Assembly (NCBI RefSeq): GCF_001194135.2
Contig: NC_068981.1
Span: 181,550,884 to 181,614,883, forward strand
Source of the DNA: Octopus bimaculoides
Lineage: Eukaryota
Length of the DNA: 64,000 nucleotides
Direction of reading: 5' to 3'
In this document: positions 13,201 to 25,262 of the stretch, piece by piece
Layout of the letters: every line of letters begins with the position of its first letter
Numbering within the stretch: position 1 is the stretch's first letter
Translations under genes and position numbers: made by a program
The notes under the pieces: model-generated
Database searches by the model: none
What the model was told of the DNA's origin: nothing
Seen by the model: only the letters and a program-made list of their open reading frames with translations

Positions 13201-15471
13201 ATGAAGAAAGCAATTATTGTATCTGGCTCATTCTGTCTATGATTTCATAACTGAGCCATCATCATTTAATGTCTGTTTTCCATGCTGGCATGAGTTGGAT
13301 GGTTTGACAAGAGCTGCACCAGGTTTCAATTGTCTGTTTTGGTACGTTTTCTCTGGTTGGATGCCCTTCCTAACACCAACCACTTTACAGTGTACTGGGT
13401 GCTTTTACATGACATCAGCATGGGTGCATTTTATGTGACAACAAAAATATTTAGTCTAACATTAACCATCTATAAAGGTATTTAGAAGGAAAGAAGTAAT
13501 AAATTTTTTAACTAAAGACATGCACACACACACACCTTTCAGATAACATCTCATGATTTCTCATCACCATTTTAATATCTTTTTCACATGCGCTCACCTA
13601 GACAAGGAATATTAAGGAACATTAAAACAAATTTTATCTTATTTCAGTCACTGGACTGTGGCCATTCAGGGGCACCACCTCAACGGATTTAATCAAACTG
13701 ACCCCAGTAAGTCTGGTACTTATTCTATTTATCTCTTTCACCAAACTGTTAAGCTACAGGAATCTAAACAAACCATCACTGTTTGCCCAGTGGAAGACAC
13801 ACACAAACAGGATTCCACACAGTTTCTGCTTACCAAATTCTATCACAAGGCATTGGTCAGCAGAAGACACTTGCCAAGTTACTACCCAATGAGACTGAAC
13901 CAATAACTACATGGAAACAAAATAAGCTTCTTAAACACACAGCCATGCCTAAAATAAAATAAAAGCTATATTCTATACTAACTGAAAATATACACTAACT
14001 ATTTTTAACTTTCATTGATTTCCAATGCTGTTACAGTAATGAACATGTCTGTTGCTTCCATCGTTATCCAATATATTTGTCTCAGCTCTGGGCTGGGTGT
14101 GAGATAACATGAAGTTATTCTATCTCAGAAAATCTTTACTGATTTTTTAATAAAGGAATTAAATTTAAAGAAATATTGCCAGTGGAGCGCTAACAGCACC
14201 ATCCGAGCGGGATTACTGCCAGGTGCCGGTGCGATCATATCCAGCTTTGCCTTACTGGCACTTGTACTGGTGGCATGTGAACAAAACATTGGACTGATTC
14301 CTGTGCAGGTGGCACGTAAAATATACCATTTTGAGCGTGATCATTGCCAGTACCGCCGGACTGGCCCTCGTGCCAGTGGCACATAAAAAGCACCCACTAC
14401 ACTCACGGAGTGGTTGGCGTTAGGAAGGGCGTCCAGCTGTAGAAACTCTGCCAAATCAGATTGGAGCCTGGTGTAGCCATCTGGTTCGCCAGTCCCCAGT
14501 CAAATCGTCCAACCCATGCTAGCATGGAAAGCGGACATTAAAAGATGATGATGATGATTGCATTCTTATGTTCTCTTTCTTGTAACTTGATGCTATCTCA
14601 TAACAACTCTGCATCCTCATCTCTCCGTTACCACCTGGAGTAGCCATGCATTTCCTCTTTTCTGCCCCTCTTTCATACTTTAACCAACCATCACCTGGTA
14701 CAAAGCCACCGCCCTCAATACTACACCCCACCCCTTAGTCGAGTGAGTTTTACTTTGAGTTACTTGGTGGCCTCACTAATGCCTGTGCCATGTAAAAAAT
14801 ATCCAGTACACTCTTGTAAAGTAATTGGTATTAAGGAGGGCATCTAGGCATAGAAACCATGTCAAAACAGACACTGGGGCTTGTCGCAATCCCCTGGCTC
14901 CTCAGCTCCTGACACACTGTCCAACCCATGCTAGCATGGAAAGCATGTATTTGATGGTGATGGTGTTAGGAAGGGCATCCAGCTGTACAAATCTTGCCAA
15001 AACAGTCACAGAAGTCTGGTGCAGACTTCTGCCTGGCTGGCTCTTGTGAAACCGTCCTACCCGTGCTAGCATGGAAAGCAGACATTAAACGATGATGATA
15101 CATTTCTTCCAGCTCTTTACATTCTGAGTTCAACTCTACCCTCACTCCTTTCAGGGTCAATAAAATAAAGGACCAGTCAAGTACTGGAATCACTGTAATC
15201 AACCAGCCCCAACCTTTCCACAAATTTCAGGTCTTGTGCCTATATTAATACAAAGAAGAAAATATATGATTACCTTAATACTTAAATTACGGTTTGTAGT
15301 TGGTAAAGATGGATCTTTGGTACGAATATGTTGCAGCACTTGAATGGTCCTGGTTTTAAAGCTGGTGTCTGTAAAATTATCCTTTTTGGGCAGCTTTTTG
15401 CCAACTTTGACTTTTCTCTTTTTAAAATCTTCATTTTTTTTCTTCCTTGATTTCTGTTTTGTTTTGCCCAT
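3828..15471 (-). CDS. TEX10: TEX10/IPI1-like pre-rRNA processing protein (rixosome subunit), N-terminal 391 codons in 4 exons; gene continues beyond the left edge
   Basis: Exons 15471-15274, 13031-12283, 9406-9291 and 3937-3828 join in frame (phases 0/2/1/0), all with GT-AG boundaries. The translation MGKTKQKSRKKKNEDFKKRKVKVGKKLPK...NRNLSIK|DLMSQCQHYN...FFPLLSAHLCCAMTHI...PLILECWVE follows my recollection of human TEX10 (DFQKVKLKVGKKKPK...KLNIKDLLSQMHHYN...FFPLVSAHLSSAMTHI...PLLIECWVE). Confidence 0.9.
4701..4806. mobile_element. About 100-bp palindromic MITE flanked by TA
   Basis: Outer arms tacagacggtcctcaaga / tcttgagaactgtctgta plus inner arms tttcatacaact / agttgtatgaaa. Confidence 0.55.
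5686..6240 (+). repeat. Minisatellite, about 26-bp unit (atgaaaagcacccttgctggtcccac), spans a gap
   Basis: About 20 visible tandem units, running into the (GAT)n retroposon body at about 6245. Confidence 0.95.
9291..9406 (-). CDS. TEX10: TEX10 coding exon 3 (GRHLLKDKSYVQRFIRTLIPLILECWVECCPEIKVACG)
   Basis: Not in the ORF track. Strong acceptor tttttttctcttctccag, phase-2 start, conserved PLxxECWVE motif. Donor is gtttgt at 9290 (or gtggtt at 9293, same phase). Confidence 0.85.
11520..11950 (-). mobile_element. Highly decayed RTE-like LINE C-terminal fragment
   Basis: Minus strand gives RV*RKTWAKVMKR, resembling the RTE GRPRKTWxEVVKxD motif; many stops. Confidence 0.45.
12283..13031 (-). CDS. 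TEX10: TEX10 coding exon 2 (749 nt, Ipi1_N/ARM-like region)
   Basis: Acceptor tttccctag|GAT at 13031; donor AAG|gtaagg at 12282; matches the 249-aa ORF in the track; phase 2 fits the next exon. Confidence 0.9.
15274..15471 (-). CDS. TEX10: TEX10 coding exon 1 (66 codons)
   Basis: Acceptor tttcag 2 nt before the ATG at 15471; donor AAG|gtaatc at 15273; basic N-terminus KKRKVKVGKKLPK. Confidence 0.9.
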
Positions 15472-15546
15472 GTCTGAAATATGAATATTAAACAAAATCA
15501 GTTTTACACTGTTTAATTACCATTCAAACATTTTACTTCATTTTAT

Positions 15547-16361
15547 TTAATCCTTTTGATACCAACCTAGCTGAGATTCTATGAGATTCTATGAGATTCT
15601 ATGATACAAACTTTGAGCATTTAAGTGCTCTTCATTTAACCCCTTAGTGTTCAAATCATTCTGTCCAATGTAATACTTATTTATTCACATTGTTTTGAAT
15701 TATGCATGCGTTTTCTTGTAGCTTTGAGATTTTGATAAGGTGTTGTTGTTAGCACTCCGTCGCTTACGACGTCGAGGGTTCCAGTTGATCCGATCAACAG
15801 AACAGCCTGCTCATGAAATTAACATGCAAGTGGCTGAGCATTCCACAGACACGTGTACCCTTAACGTAGTTCTCGGAGATATTCAGCGTGACACAGTGTG
15901 ACAAGGCTGGCCCTTTGAAATACGGGTACAACAGAAGCAGGAAGAAAGAATGAGAGAAAGTTGTGGTGAAAGAGTACAGCAGGGTTCGCCACCATCCCCT
16001 GCCGGAGCCTCGTGGAGCTTTAGGTGTTTTCGCTCAATAAACACTCACAACGCCCAGTCTGGGAATCAAAACCGCGATCCTATGACCATGAGTCCGCTGC
16101 CCTAACCACTGGGCCATTGCGCCTCCACTTTGATAAGGTAACTGTTAACATTTAGACAGATATTGTAGGGTTGTTGTGAGAGGCCAGATCTGGCCAGTTT
16201 GAATATAGAACAAGTAGAATATTTGGGCCTGTATGACCTGTTTAAATGCCAAAGGAGTAAAGGTCATGTTATTTTATGTATAAACACCAGTTTATTACTT
16301 TCAGAATTAACTGAAACATAGGCAGTGTATTTCAACAGAAATCTGATAACAAAAAGGTTAT
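15547..16361. mobile_element. piggyBac-like MITE (TTAA-CCCTT...AAGGGTTAA-type ends) containing a second such MITE at 15636-16260
   Basis: Degenerate ends ttaatccttttgatacc...aacaaaaaggttat and ttaaccccttagtg...aaaggagtaa. Related copies at about 21770-22225 and 10906-11284. Confidence 0.55.
15742..16128 (-). mobile_element. Full-length tRNA-derived SINE with 11-bp target-site duplication
   Basis: Minus-strand head gtggaggcgcaaTGGCCCAGTGGttaggg...GGTTTTGATTCC (Pol III A/B boxes) and (AAC)n tail. TSD tttgataaggt at 15731-15741 and 16129-16139. A related copy lies at about 21260-21580. Confidence 0.85.
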
Positions 16362-16890
16362 GGATATCTGGCAACAAAAAGATTAAGGAAACAAACCTCA
16401 ATCTCTGAGAAGCCTTACACCTGCCTGATGCACTGGATCTTTCATTTCTTGCACACAATTCACACTGCCATCTACACTTTCAGAAATCCTACAAACTTAC
16501 CCACCTTCTCCTATCAATGGACCCACATTAATAGCTATAAAAAGGATCAATTAGATGAAAGTAAGACAACTTGATCACAACATGTGGTTATTTGTACTTA
16601 AATACCACTTCAGCTATATTGCAATACAACTGGAGAATGGAGTGTATATTATATAAAATATAGTATTTTATATATAAACGTGTGTGAGAGAAAGAGAAAA
16701 GAGAGCAAGTCACCTAATGGTTGAGGTATCGCACCTTAACAATTACAATGTTATGGTTTTGATTCTTGGACTGAGGGTTTGTTGTGTTCTTGAACAAGAC
16801 ACTTCATCTCACATAGATCTTCAAAATCTTGGACATGTGATGTGTAGCACAACATGCACTTGTACAGACAATGTCAGTTTGATGGAGCAA

Positions 16891-17029
16891 GTGGGTTTGG
16901 AAAAACTGAAGGACCATTGCAATAAGTGTGTGAGTCTGAGAGGGGAAGCTGTCAAATAAAATCATAATTAACTGATCCTCTTGTACTTCCTTTTACCCAA
17001 AGCCAGGAACTTTTCAGCACCCCCTTGTA
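16891..17029 (+). mobile_element. mariner 3' end (transposase C-terminus and TIR)
   Basis: LEKLKDHCNKCVSLRGEAVK* resembles the mariner C-terminus; ends agccaggaacttttcagcacccccttgta. Same family as 43315-43540. Confidence 0.75.
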
Positions 17030-17467
17030 TAGAGTTATATATACTGCTGTTAGTTTGGGGGCTGGAGTAGTGTTTATTTAAATTACATAGAAAATATAGT
17101 GATTTTTGGAAGTGTTGTAGTAGTACCACAGTGTTGTTGTTGAGTGATGATTGAGCAAACCTTATGATTATCCGGTCTTTTTTATATGTCAAGGTCTATA
17201 CTGGCCAATATGTTCTTCGTTTCAACACAGTAGGGTGTGATTTGAAAGAGATTTGGCTCCTATTTCTTGTAGGCTGAGTGACCACATCAGAGGCTTTGTT
17301 TGTTTGTGTTCTAGAGTTGGAAGTGTTGGTTAAATAAGTAGATATCTAGTTTTATAGTTTGAAACTGAACTCTAATCATGGACTGTGACATTCATATATA
17401 GTGATAATGAAGGGGTTTCTATCAAACCATGGACATACGAATGTGTAAATCTCATACAACAAACAGT

Positions 17468-17825
17468 AAGGAGTAGGAGTGGCTGTGTGGTAAGTAGCTT
17501 GCTTACGAACCACATGGTTCCAAGTTCAGTCCCACTGCGTGGCACCTTGGGCAAGTGTTTTCTACTATAGCCTCGGGCCGACCAAAGCCTTGTGAGTGGC
17601 TTTGGTAGACGGAAACTGAAAGAAGCCCGTCGTATATATGTATATATATATATATATGCATGTGTGTGTATATGTTTGTGTGTCTGTGTTTGTCCCCCCC
17701 AACATCGCTTGACAACTGATGCTTGTGTGTTTATGTCCCCGTAACTTAGCGGGATCGATTTGCTCAACTAAAGGCAGTGCTCCAGCATGGTCACAGTCAA
17801 ATGACTGAAACAAGTAAAAGAGTTG
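17468..17825 (+). mobile_element. tRNA-derived SINE, family A (central (TA)n/(TG)n)
   Basis: Head ggagtggctgtgtggtaag...ggttcagtccc and tail ...gcagtcaaatgactgaaacaagtaaaagag. Other copies: 237-338, 25590-25990(-), 28880-29295, 33715-33935(-), 50187-50605. Confidence 0.85.
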
Positions 17826-18702
17826 AAAAAAAGAGTAATGTCTGATTTGAGAGAGGTTTGGCTATTATAATAAGTTAAACCATGTAGAGGTACCATTTGC
17901 TAATGATGCTTTCGGCATGGTATAAAGGCACATAGCTACATGGTNNNNNNNNNNNNNNNNNNNNNNNNNNNNNNNNNNNNNNNNNNNNNNNNNNNNNNNN
18001 NNNNNNNNNNNNNNNNNNNNNNNNNNNNNNNNNNNNNNNNNNNNNNNNNNNNNNNNNNNNNNNNNNNNNNNNNNNNNNNNNNNNNNNNNNNNNNNNNNNN
18101 NNNNNNNNNNNNNNNNNNNNNNNNNNNNNNNNNNNNNNNNNNNNNNNNNNNNNNNNNNNNNNNNNNNNNNNNNNNNNNNNNNNNNNNNNNNNNNNNNNNN
18201 NNNNNNNNNNNNNNNNNNNNNNNNNNNNNNNNNNNNNNNNNNNNNNNNNNNNNNNNNNNNNNNNNNNNNNNNNNNNNNNNNNNNNNNNNNNNNNNNNNNN
18301 NNNNNNNNNNNNNNNNNNNNNNNNNNNNNNNNNNNNNNNNNNNNNNNNNNNNNNNNNNNNNNNNNNNNNNNNNNNNNNNNNNNNNNNNNNNNNNNNNNNN
18401 NNNNNNNNNNNNNNNNNNNNNNNNNNNNNNNNNNNNNNNNNNNNNNNNNNNNNNNNNNNNNNNNNNNNNNNNNNNNNNNNNNNNNNNNNNNNNNNNNNNN
18501 NNNNNNNNNNNNNNNNNNNNNNNNNNNNNNNNNNNNNNNNNNNNNNNNNNTTTTTTTTAATTTCAATTACCCCCACCCCACCCCCAATTTGTTTGCTTTG
18601 TTTACAGTTGACAAGACATGCTGTCACACACAAAATGACAGCTTCCAAATCCTGTTTCCTGATTGGGTGAAAAATTATCAAACTTTAAACCTGTATAACT
18701 TT

Positions 18703-19098
18703 TTAAAAAACATTTTTCTGAAATAAGTGAAACAACTGTGCATATGTCATGGATGAAATTCTTCCATTACAAAAAGTCTCGCTATTCCAACCCAGATCCC
18801 ACTGACATTTTCTTTCAGATGCTTCTTCACATGCCGAGAAGTAAATGAACATTAAAATTTCTCTTAAGTCTAGATTGCTATCGGCAAAGAATACGTCACA
18901 TCTCAGACCTTTATCCTTTCTACTCGGCCTTCCACATCTCAGTCTTTTCTTTGTTTTGCTACCCTTTATCAATTCCATATTTTGGTTACACATGCAACAA
19001 ACTCTCACACGATGTAACAGTCCAATATCTTGGCAAAACATAATTGTCAATTCAAGCAATTGACGGATATTAGAGCTGCTGATATTAATAAAGTTCAT
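18703..19098 (-). pseudogene. Merlin/IS1595 (ISXO2-like) transposase N-terminal remnant
   Basis: FCQDIGLLHRVRVCCMCNQNMEL...RCGRPSRKDKGLRCDVFFADSNLDLREILMFIYF; after a frameshift WKNFIHDIC. This matches the zinc-ribbon / TFFxxSxL / DWxNFxRxxC pattern of eukaryotic ISXO2-like transposases. Confidence 0.7.
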
Positions 19099-22000
19099 AA
19101 TTAAATAATGAAGTTAAATTGTGCTTTTTATACCTTTTTAATCAACTTCGCTGTATGTTCAACACTAACTTCTAATGGTTCCGTAATGGATCTAGTTGGT
19201 TTGGCTACCAGCATTTCAAAAATTAAATTTTATCGAAAAGTTTTAAAATTTGGCACAATAATGTACATTTCCAATTGGAATTAAAAATTTTTTTTTGCTA
19301 AATCATAATCTTCAATATCAAAAACATATGAATCTGAAAAAATTTAAAAGAAAAATTACTGGTACAAAAGTTATATGGTGGTGGTGGTAGATTCAGAAGT
19401 ACCCCAGTTCCTTTTATTTTCTTGGTATGGTACCAGTGAATACCTTCACTAAGAACATTTGTGTTATTTTCTGTCTTTATACTCTTTTGTCTTTTTGTGT
19501 ATATGCTCAACTAAAGGCGGTGCTCCAGCATGGCCACAGTCAAATGACTGAAACAAGTAAAAGAGTAAAAAAAAATGTAATGTCTGATTTGAAGGAGATT
19601 TGGCTATTATAATAAATTAAACCAAAAGAGTATATATATACACATATTTATGTGTGTTTTGGTATCTGTCACCCCAATATCACTTGACAACCGATGTTGG
19701 TGTGTTTATGTCCCTGCAACTTAGTGGCTCAACAAAAGAGACCGATTGAATAAGTACTAGGCTTACAAAGATTAAGTTCTGGGGTCGATTTCTTCGACTA
19801 AAATCCTTTAAGGCGGTCCTCCAGCATGGATACAGTCAAATGAGTGAAACGTGTAAAAGAATAAATAGAAAAGTAACAGACTTGTCAAAGCGGTCTGAAT
19901 ACCAAAGGGTTAAAGTGCCAGGCACTCTAAATGGAGACCAATCTTAAGAAGCTGAACTACAGAGGACACTGACATGTAAATGATGTGCGGGAGAATAATA
20001 ACGGTCTATGCAAGTCTAGAAAAATGAATGCTAAAAAATATTAATAGCAGTGACAATGAAAGCTTAGTATATCTGCCTCTCTTTCAGCCATCATGTTTAT
20101 GTTGAAGTCTCTATTTACTGCTGCCTTTCTCTCTCACCAATCACACGCCTCTGTTGTCTGTACCTCCCCACTATCATTCTGTCTTCCATCACACTTAGGT
20201 AATGAGATGACGTTACCTTGCATCTATTTGTATGCAATTCTTCTCTCATCATTCATGCTGTTCATCTCTTTCTATTTCTCTTCCAGACCTCCACTCCATC
20301 ACTTCCTCTGCTATCAACACTTGCTGTTTTTGCTAGAGATATATCTATATTTTTTCTTACTTTTGTAAAATCACAAGCTTTTTTTTTTCTGTTTAAGTAA
20401 TTTTTTTTTTTTCTGTTTAAGTGATTTTTTTCTTTTCTTTATCCAAAATTCTGAAACACCAAATTTTCTTCCATGAATGTATTTTATTTAATAATCCCAA
20501 TATGACAAGACAATTCAAATTTTTGAAAAAGGAACAAATTATTTTTCCCCTTCAAATTTCCCTCCCAAAATTAATGGACTATAATACATGCAACTGCGTA
20601 TTACGTACAGACAAGTAGGATTGTATATGTGTTAAGCCAATGCAAAAGTTGTCATGAAATATAACAATATTTCCTTTCAGTAATTTGTTCCAATAATAGA
20701 GAAATAATTACAAAAATAAAACACAATAATTGAATTGTCAAATGCATTAATGATTGCTTCCAATTTCAATCTACTAATAAATTAAAATGGTTGGTAAACA
20801 ACGTAAAGATAATATATAATATGAAGAATTTTATACGTCAACGGGATACTTGGCGTTGTCTTGGAAATGGAAAAAAAAAACAAAAAAAAACACAGTTGAT
20901 GGATACTTTGATAAATGGTAATCATCGTAATTCTGCATAAATTTATCCTTTTGAACACAATGTCTATTATTTGTTACAGATAAATGTTTCCCGTGTTTCG
21001 AGAGAAAGAGAGAATATCATTTATCTTTTACTCCTGTCAGTTATTGGACTATGGCCATGCTGGGGCATTATCTTGAAGGGTTTTAGTCAAACTGATTAAC
21101 AACCTGTATTTATTATTTTAAAACCTGATTCTTATTCCATCAGTCTCTTTTGCCAAACTGCTAAGCTACAAGGATGTAAAATGACCAACACCGGTAAGCA
21201 ACAAGGTAAACAAACATTACGTTTGACAGAGTAATTTGATTGCTAAAGGATTAAGCTGGTACTCTGTTAGTTATGACAACAAGGGTTCCACTTAATCCAA
21301 TCAATGAAACAGCCTGCTTGTGAAATTAACATGCAAGTGGCTGAGCACTCCATAGACATGTGTACCCTTAACGTAATTCTGAGGGAGATTTAGCATGACA
21401 CAAAGTGTGACAATGCTGGCCCCTTTGAAATACAGGTAAAACTCATTTTGTCATCTGAGTGGACTGGAGCGACGTGAAATAAAGGGTCTTGCTCAAAGAC
21501 ACAACTTGTTGCCGAGAATTGAACTCGTGATCTTATGATCAAGAGTTGAATACCCTAACCACTAAGCCACGTGCCTAATGATGCTTGGGTTGAGCCAGCA
21601 TCATTAAAAATAAAACATTTCAATACTTCTTTGTTACCAAGACCTCTATGAAAGATTAGGTCAATAACAACAAGGCATGCTTTATTGTACAATGTTCAGG
21701 TATAGTAACTATGCATTCATTGACATGTTTTTGGCCATTCCCCTATATTCCTTCTGAGGCACAATAACCCTTTTGAGATTAACCCACCTGATACTGTCCC
21801 TGGTTTTACAATACAAACTTCCTGTTTTGAAGTGATCTAAGTTGAAACTCCAATCAAAATTTTATGTTCATGCATATTCCAAGCACCAGCTTAATAATAG
21901 TTTAAAATTTTGGCACAGAGCCAGCAATATTGGTGGTGAGAGAAAATCGATTACATTGACCCCAGTGCTTGAGTGGTAGTTATTTTATCGACCTCAAAAG

Positions 22001-23354
22001 AATGAAAGGCAAAGTCAACCTTGGTGGAATTTGAACCCAGAATGTAAAGACAGATGAAATACCACTAAATCTTTTGCCGAGCATGCTAATGATTCTACCA
22101 GCTTGTTGCCTTCAACATCAGCTTAATAGTGTCAATTATTTTACTAAATTCTTCATTAATTTATTGATTAATAGAAGCAAAGAAGTGTATTTCAACAGAA
22201 ATATGGTAACAAAAAAGGTTAACTGACTGACATGATTTAACTATATCTCTACTAAATGGATTCCATATTCAACCAGTTTTAAGTACCTAGTACTTAATTA
22301 CTTCATTCAGACCATGCATGATCTCCGAGCAGTTGATTAAAAATGTCATTTTGTAATATTTTTGCAATAATCAGGTTGGAAATTGATCTGCAAAATTAAT
22401 AAATTCATTCGATTAATTAATTGTGCCACATTTTAATCCACTATTTTCTTAGCTGTTCTGAAAGTAAATATTTAGTTTTTCTGGCCAACCATTATTGGTG
22501 CATTGCTTGAATTAAAACAATATATCAGAATTCAGGGCACATTCAATTTCGTTAGCAGGAACCAGTATTCATCAGAGAATTTGATCAATATTTTTTGCGC
22601 ATTTTGAATCCAGAGAGATTTTTTTATAACTTTCATTGAAATCACAATTGGGTTTCAATGGCTCTCTTGATAATGCCTCAGTATGTGTGTTTCGTTTCAA
22701 AGTTACATGACATCATAATCCTTTTAATGTCCAATTTTCTAATGCTGGCATGGGTCAGATGGAATTCAGTCAGACAGACTTTCTATGGCCATATGTCTTT
22801 CTTGTTGCCAACCCTCACCTGTTTCCAAGCAAGGTAATATTTCCTCCTGACTGGACATGTTCCCGTGGAAGATTGGAAACAAATAACACTGCTTTTGATG
22901 GTAACATTTGTTTACAACTATCACACAATGTCAAGATACAGCCGTATATGCATATTTATGATGGCTTCTTTCAGCTTCCATCTATCCAATCCTCAAACTA
23001 GGCTTTGGTGTTGGCCCATAGCTATTGTAGAAGACACTTGTCCAAGGTGCTATGAAGTGGAATGGAAATTAAAATCAACAGGTTGGGAAGAAAACATCTT
23101 AACCGTACAGCTTTGCATATACCTATATATATATATTTGTACAACTCCAATGATAATGCCCAACAATTTCAATCTCAGGGACCCAGCTGCTGATACATTT
23201 TTATCCAGTGAGAATATGGATATTAGCATCTTGCGATTGGTAATCAATACATAATATTCTCTATAGAGAAATTTGATGACAAGTGACCAAGTCTTCTTGA
23301 GATTTGCTGTGCTGGAGAAGATACATCAAGCTAAGTGAACCATGGTCATTGCCA

Positions 23355-23720
23355 GTGGCACATAAAAGGTGCCTGTGTCAATGACATGTAAAAGGCACTT
23401 GTGCTGGTGACATAAATGGCACCTGTGCTGGTGACGTGTAAAAGGCACCTGTGCCGGTGACGCTTAAAAGGCACCTGTGCAGGTAACCCATAAAAGGTGC
23501 TGGTGACATGTAAAAGGCGCCTGTGCTGGAGATGCGTAAAAGCACATGTGCCGGTGACGTGTACAAGGTGCTTATGCCGGTGATGTGTAAAAGGTGCCTG
23601 TGCTGGTGATACTTAAAAGGCACCAGTGCTGATGATGTGTAAAATGCAACCATGCTGGTGACACATAAAAGGCACTCATGACTGATGTGTAAAAGGAATT
23701 TGTGCTGGTGACACGTAAAA
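23355..23720 (+). repeat. Degenerate minisatellite, 26-bp unit (cctgtgctggtgacgtgtaaaaggca)
   Basis: About 14 diverged tandem units ending in tacactc...tggttggcatt, the start of the retroposon body. Confidence 0.9.
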
Positions 23721-25026
23721 TGTATCCATTACACTCAATAAAATGGTTGGCATTATTAACCCATTAACACCTATGGTCCTATTTTTTTAGGACCAGAAGG
23801 ATAATCCACGATATTTCTGCAATACCTGTATTTTTCTGAGGTATTATTAGTTAGTCATCAAGACTGAAGTGTCTTTTAAATATTCTAATAAAATTTTTTT
23901 TATAAATTTAGTATCAGATAAAGTTGTATAAAAAAAGGTTTTTGGTAATTAATTAAATAAAAAAATTTGGGCACTAATGGATTAAGAAGGGCATCCAGCT
24001 GCAGAAACCCTACCAAACAGACAACTGGAGCCTGGTGCAGCTCTCTGGCTTACCAGCTCCAGTCAAACCGTCTAACCCATGCCAACAAGGAAAGCAGACA
24101 TCAAGTGATGATTACAAAGACAGACCATATAATAACCCTTCTTCATATGTGTTCAGTGTTTGTAAGCTAGCGAGCTGGTAGAAATGTTACTGTGCCAGGA
24201 AAAATGCGGCATTTCTTCAGGTTTTAGATTTTGAGTTCAAATGCTGCTGGGGTTGATGGCCATAATTTGAAACCAGTGTTTTACGTGTGTGAGTTAACTG
24301 ACATTCAACACCCTTCTCATGTAAAAGAACTGCTCAAACACTGACTGTTTACTGCTTAAAAACACTGTAATGCAGTCTGACCTCATTCACTTTATGAATG
24401 ATGCAGACTTTTATCCAAATTATACCATGGTGCAGTGGAATCTACCATGTTCTTAATAAACATGCAATATTATCAACTTTCTGGAACAAATGTTAAAATT
24501 TCTTTTGCATATTCTGGAATAGTGACCAATGTTTTAATAGCATCCTGAATAATCTTTAGCAAGTTGCACAAATAACATAACCAAGATAATTGACTTCTTA
24601 GGTGGTGGTGGTGGTGGGGATGGAGTAGTTGAAAAAAAAAAAAAAAAAAGAGATGGCGTATTTCTTTAGAACAGTTTAAGAAATAATCTTTTAATCAATT
24701 TTAACAATCTTTTAACTATTTTTTAAAATTATCAATATCCAAATATGCAGCAGATATAGCTCTGTGGTTAAGAAGTTCACTTTGCAATCATGAGGTCATG
24801 GGTTCAATTCCACAGCATGGCACTTTGGGTGGCAAGTGTCTTGTACTAAATGGATCCAGGTTGACCAATGCCTTTTGAGTGAACATAGTAGGTGGAAAAT
24901 GCATGAAAGCTCATTATATCATATCATATATATACACATATATGCATGCACGTTAGTTCCCTCCACCACTTGACAACCAGTGCTGGTTTGTTTATGTTTC
25001 TGTAAGAGATTGATAGAATAAGTACC

Positions 25027-25262
25027 AAAGGCGGAGAACTGGCAGAAACGTTAGTACGTCAGGCGAAATGCTTTGCGGTATTTCATCTGCCGTTACGTTC
25101 TGAATTCAAATTCCGCCGAGGTCAACTTAGCCTTTCATCCTTTCGGGGTCGATTAAATAAGTACCGGTTACATACTGGGGTCGATGTAATCGACTTAATC
25201 CCTTTGTCTGTCCTTGTTTGTCCCCTCTATGTTTAGCCCCTTGTGGGCAATAAAGAAATAAG
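25027..25262 (+). mobile_element. SINE family B (ggcggcgagctggcagaa...gaggtcgactttgcctttcatcctttcggggtcgat...)
   Basis: B-box-like gagttcaaattcc and a conserved core. Copies at 10070-10205(-), 21900-22110(-), 32800-33005, 33040-33195(-), 34763-34960, 62700-62900 and 63285-63500. Confidence 0.8.

Noticed and set aside
22545-22580. Minus-strand CTGATGA...GAAA spacing resembling a hammerhead
   Set aside because: No stem II closing next to GAAA and no stem I.
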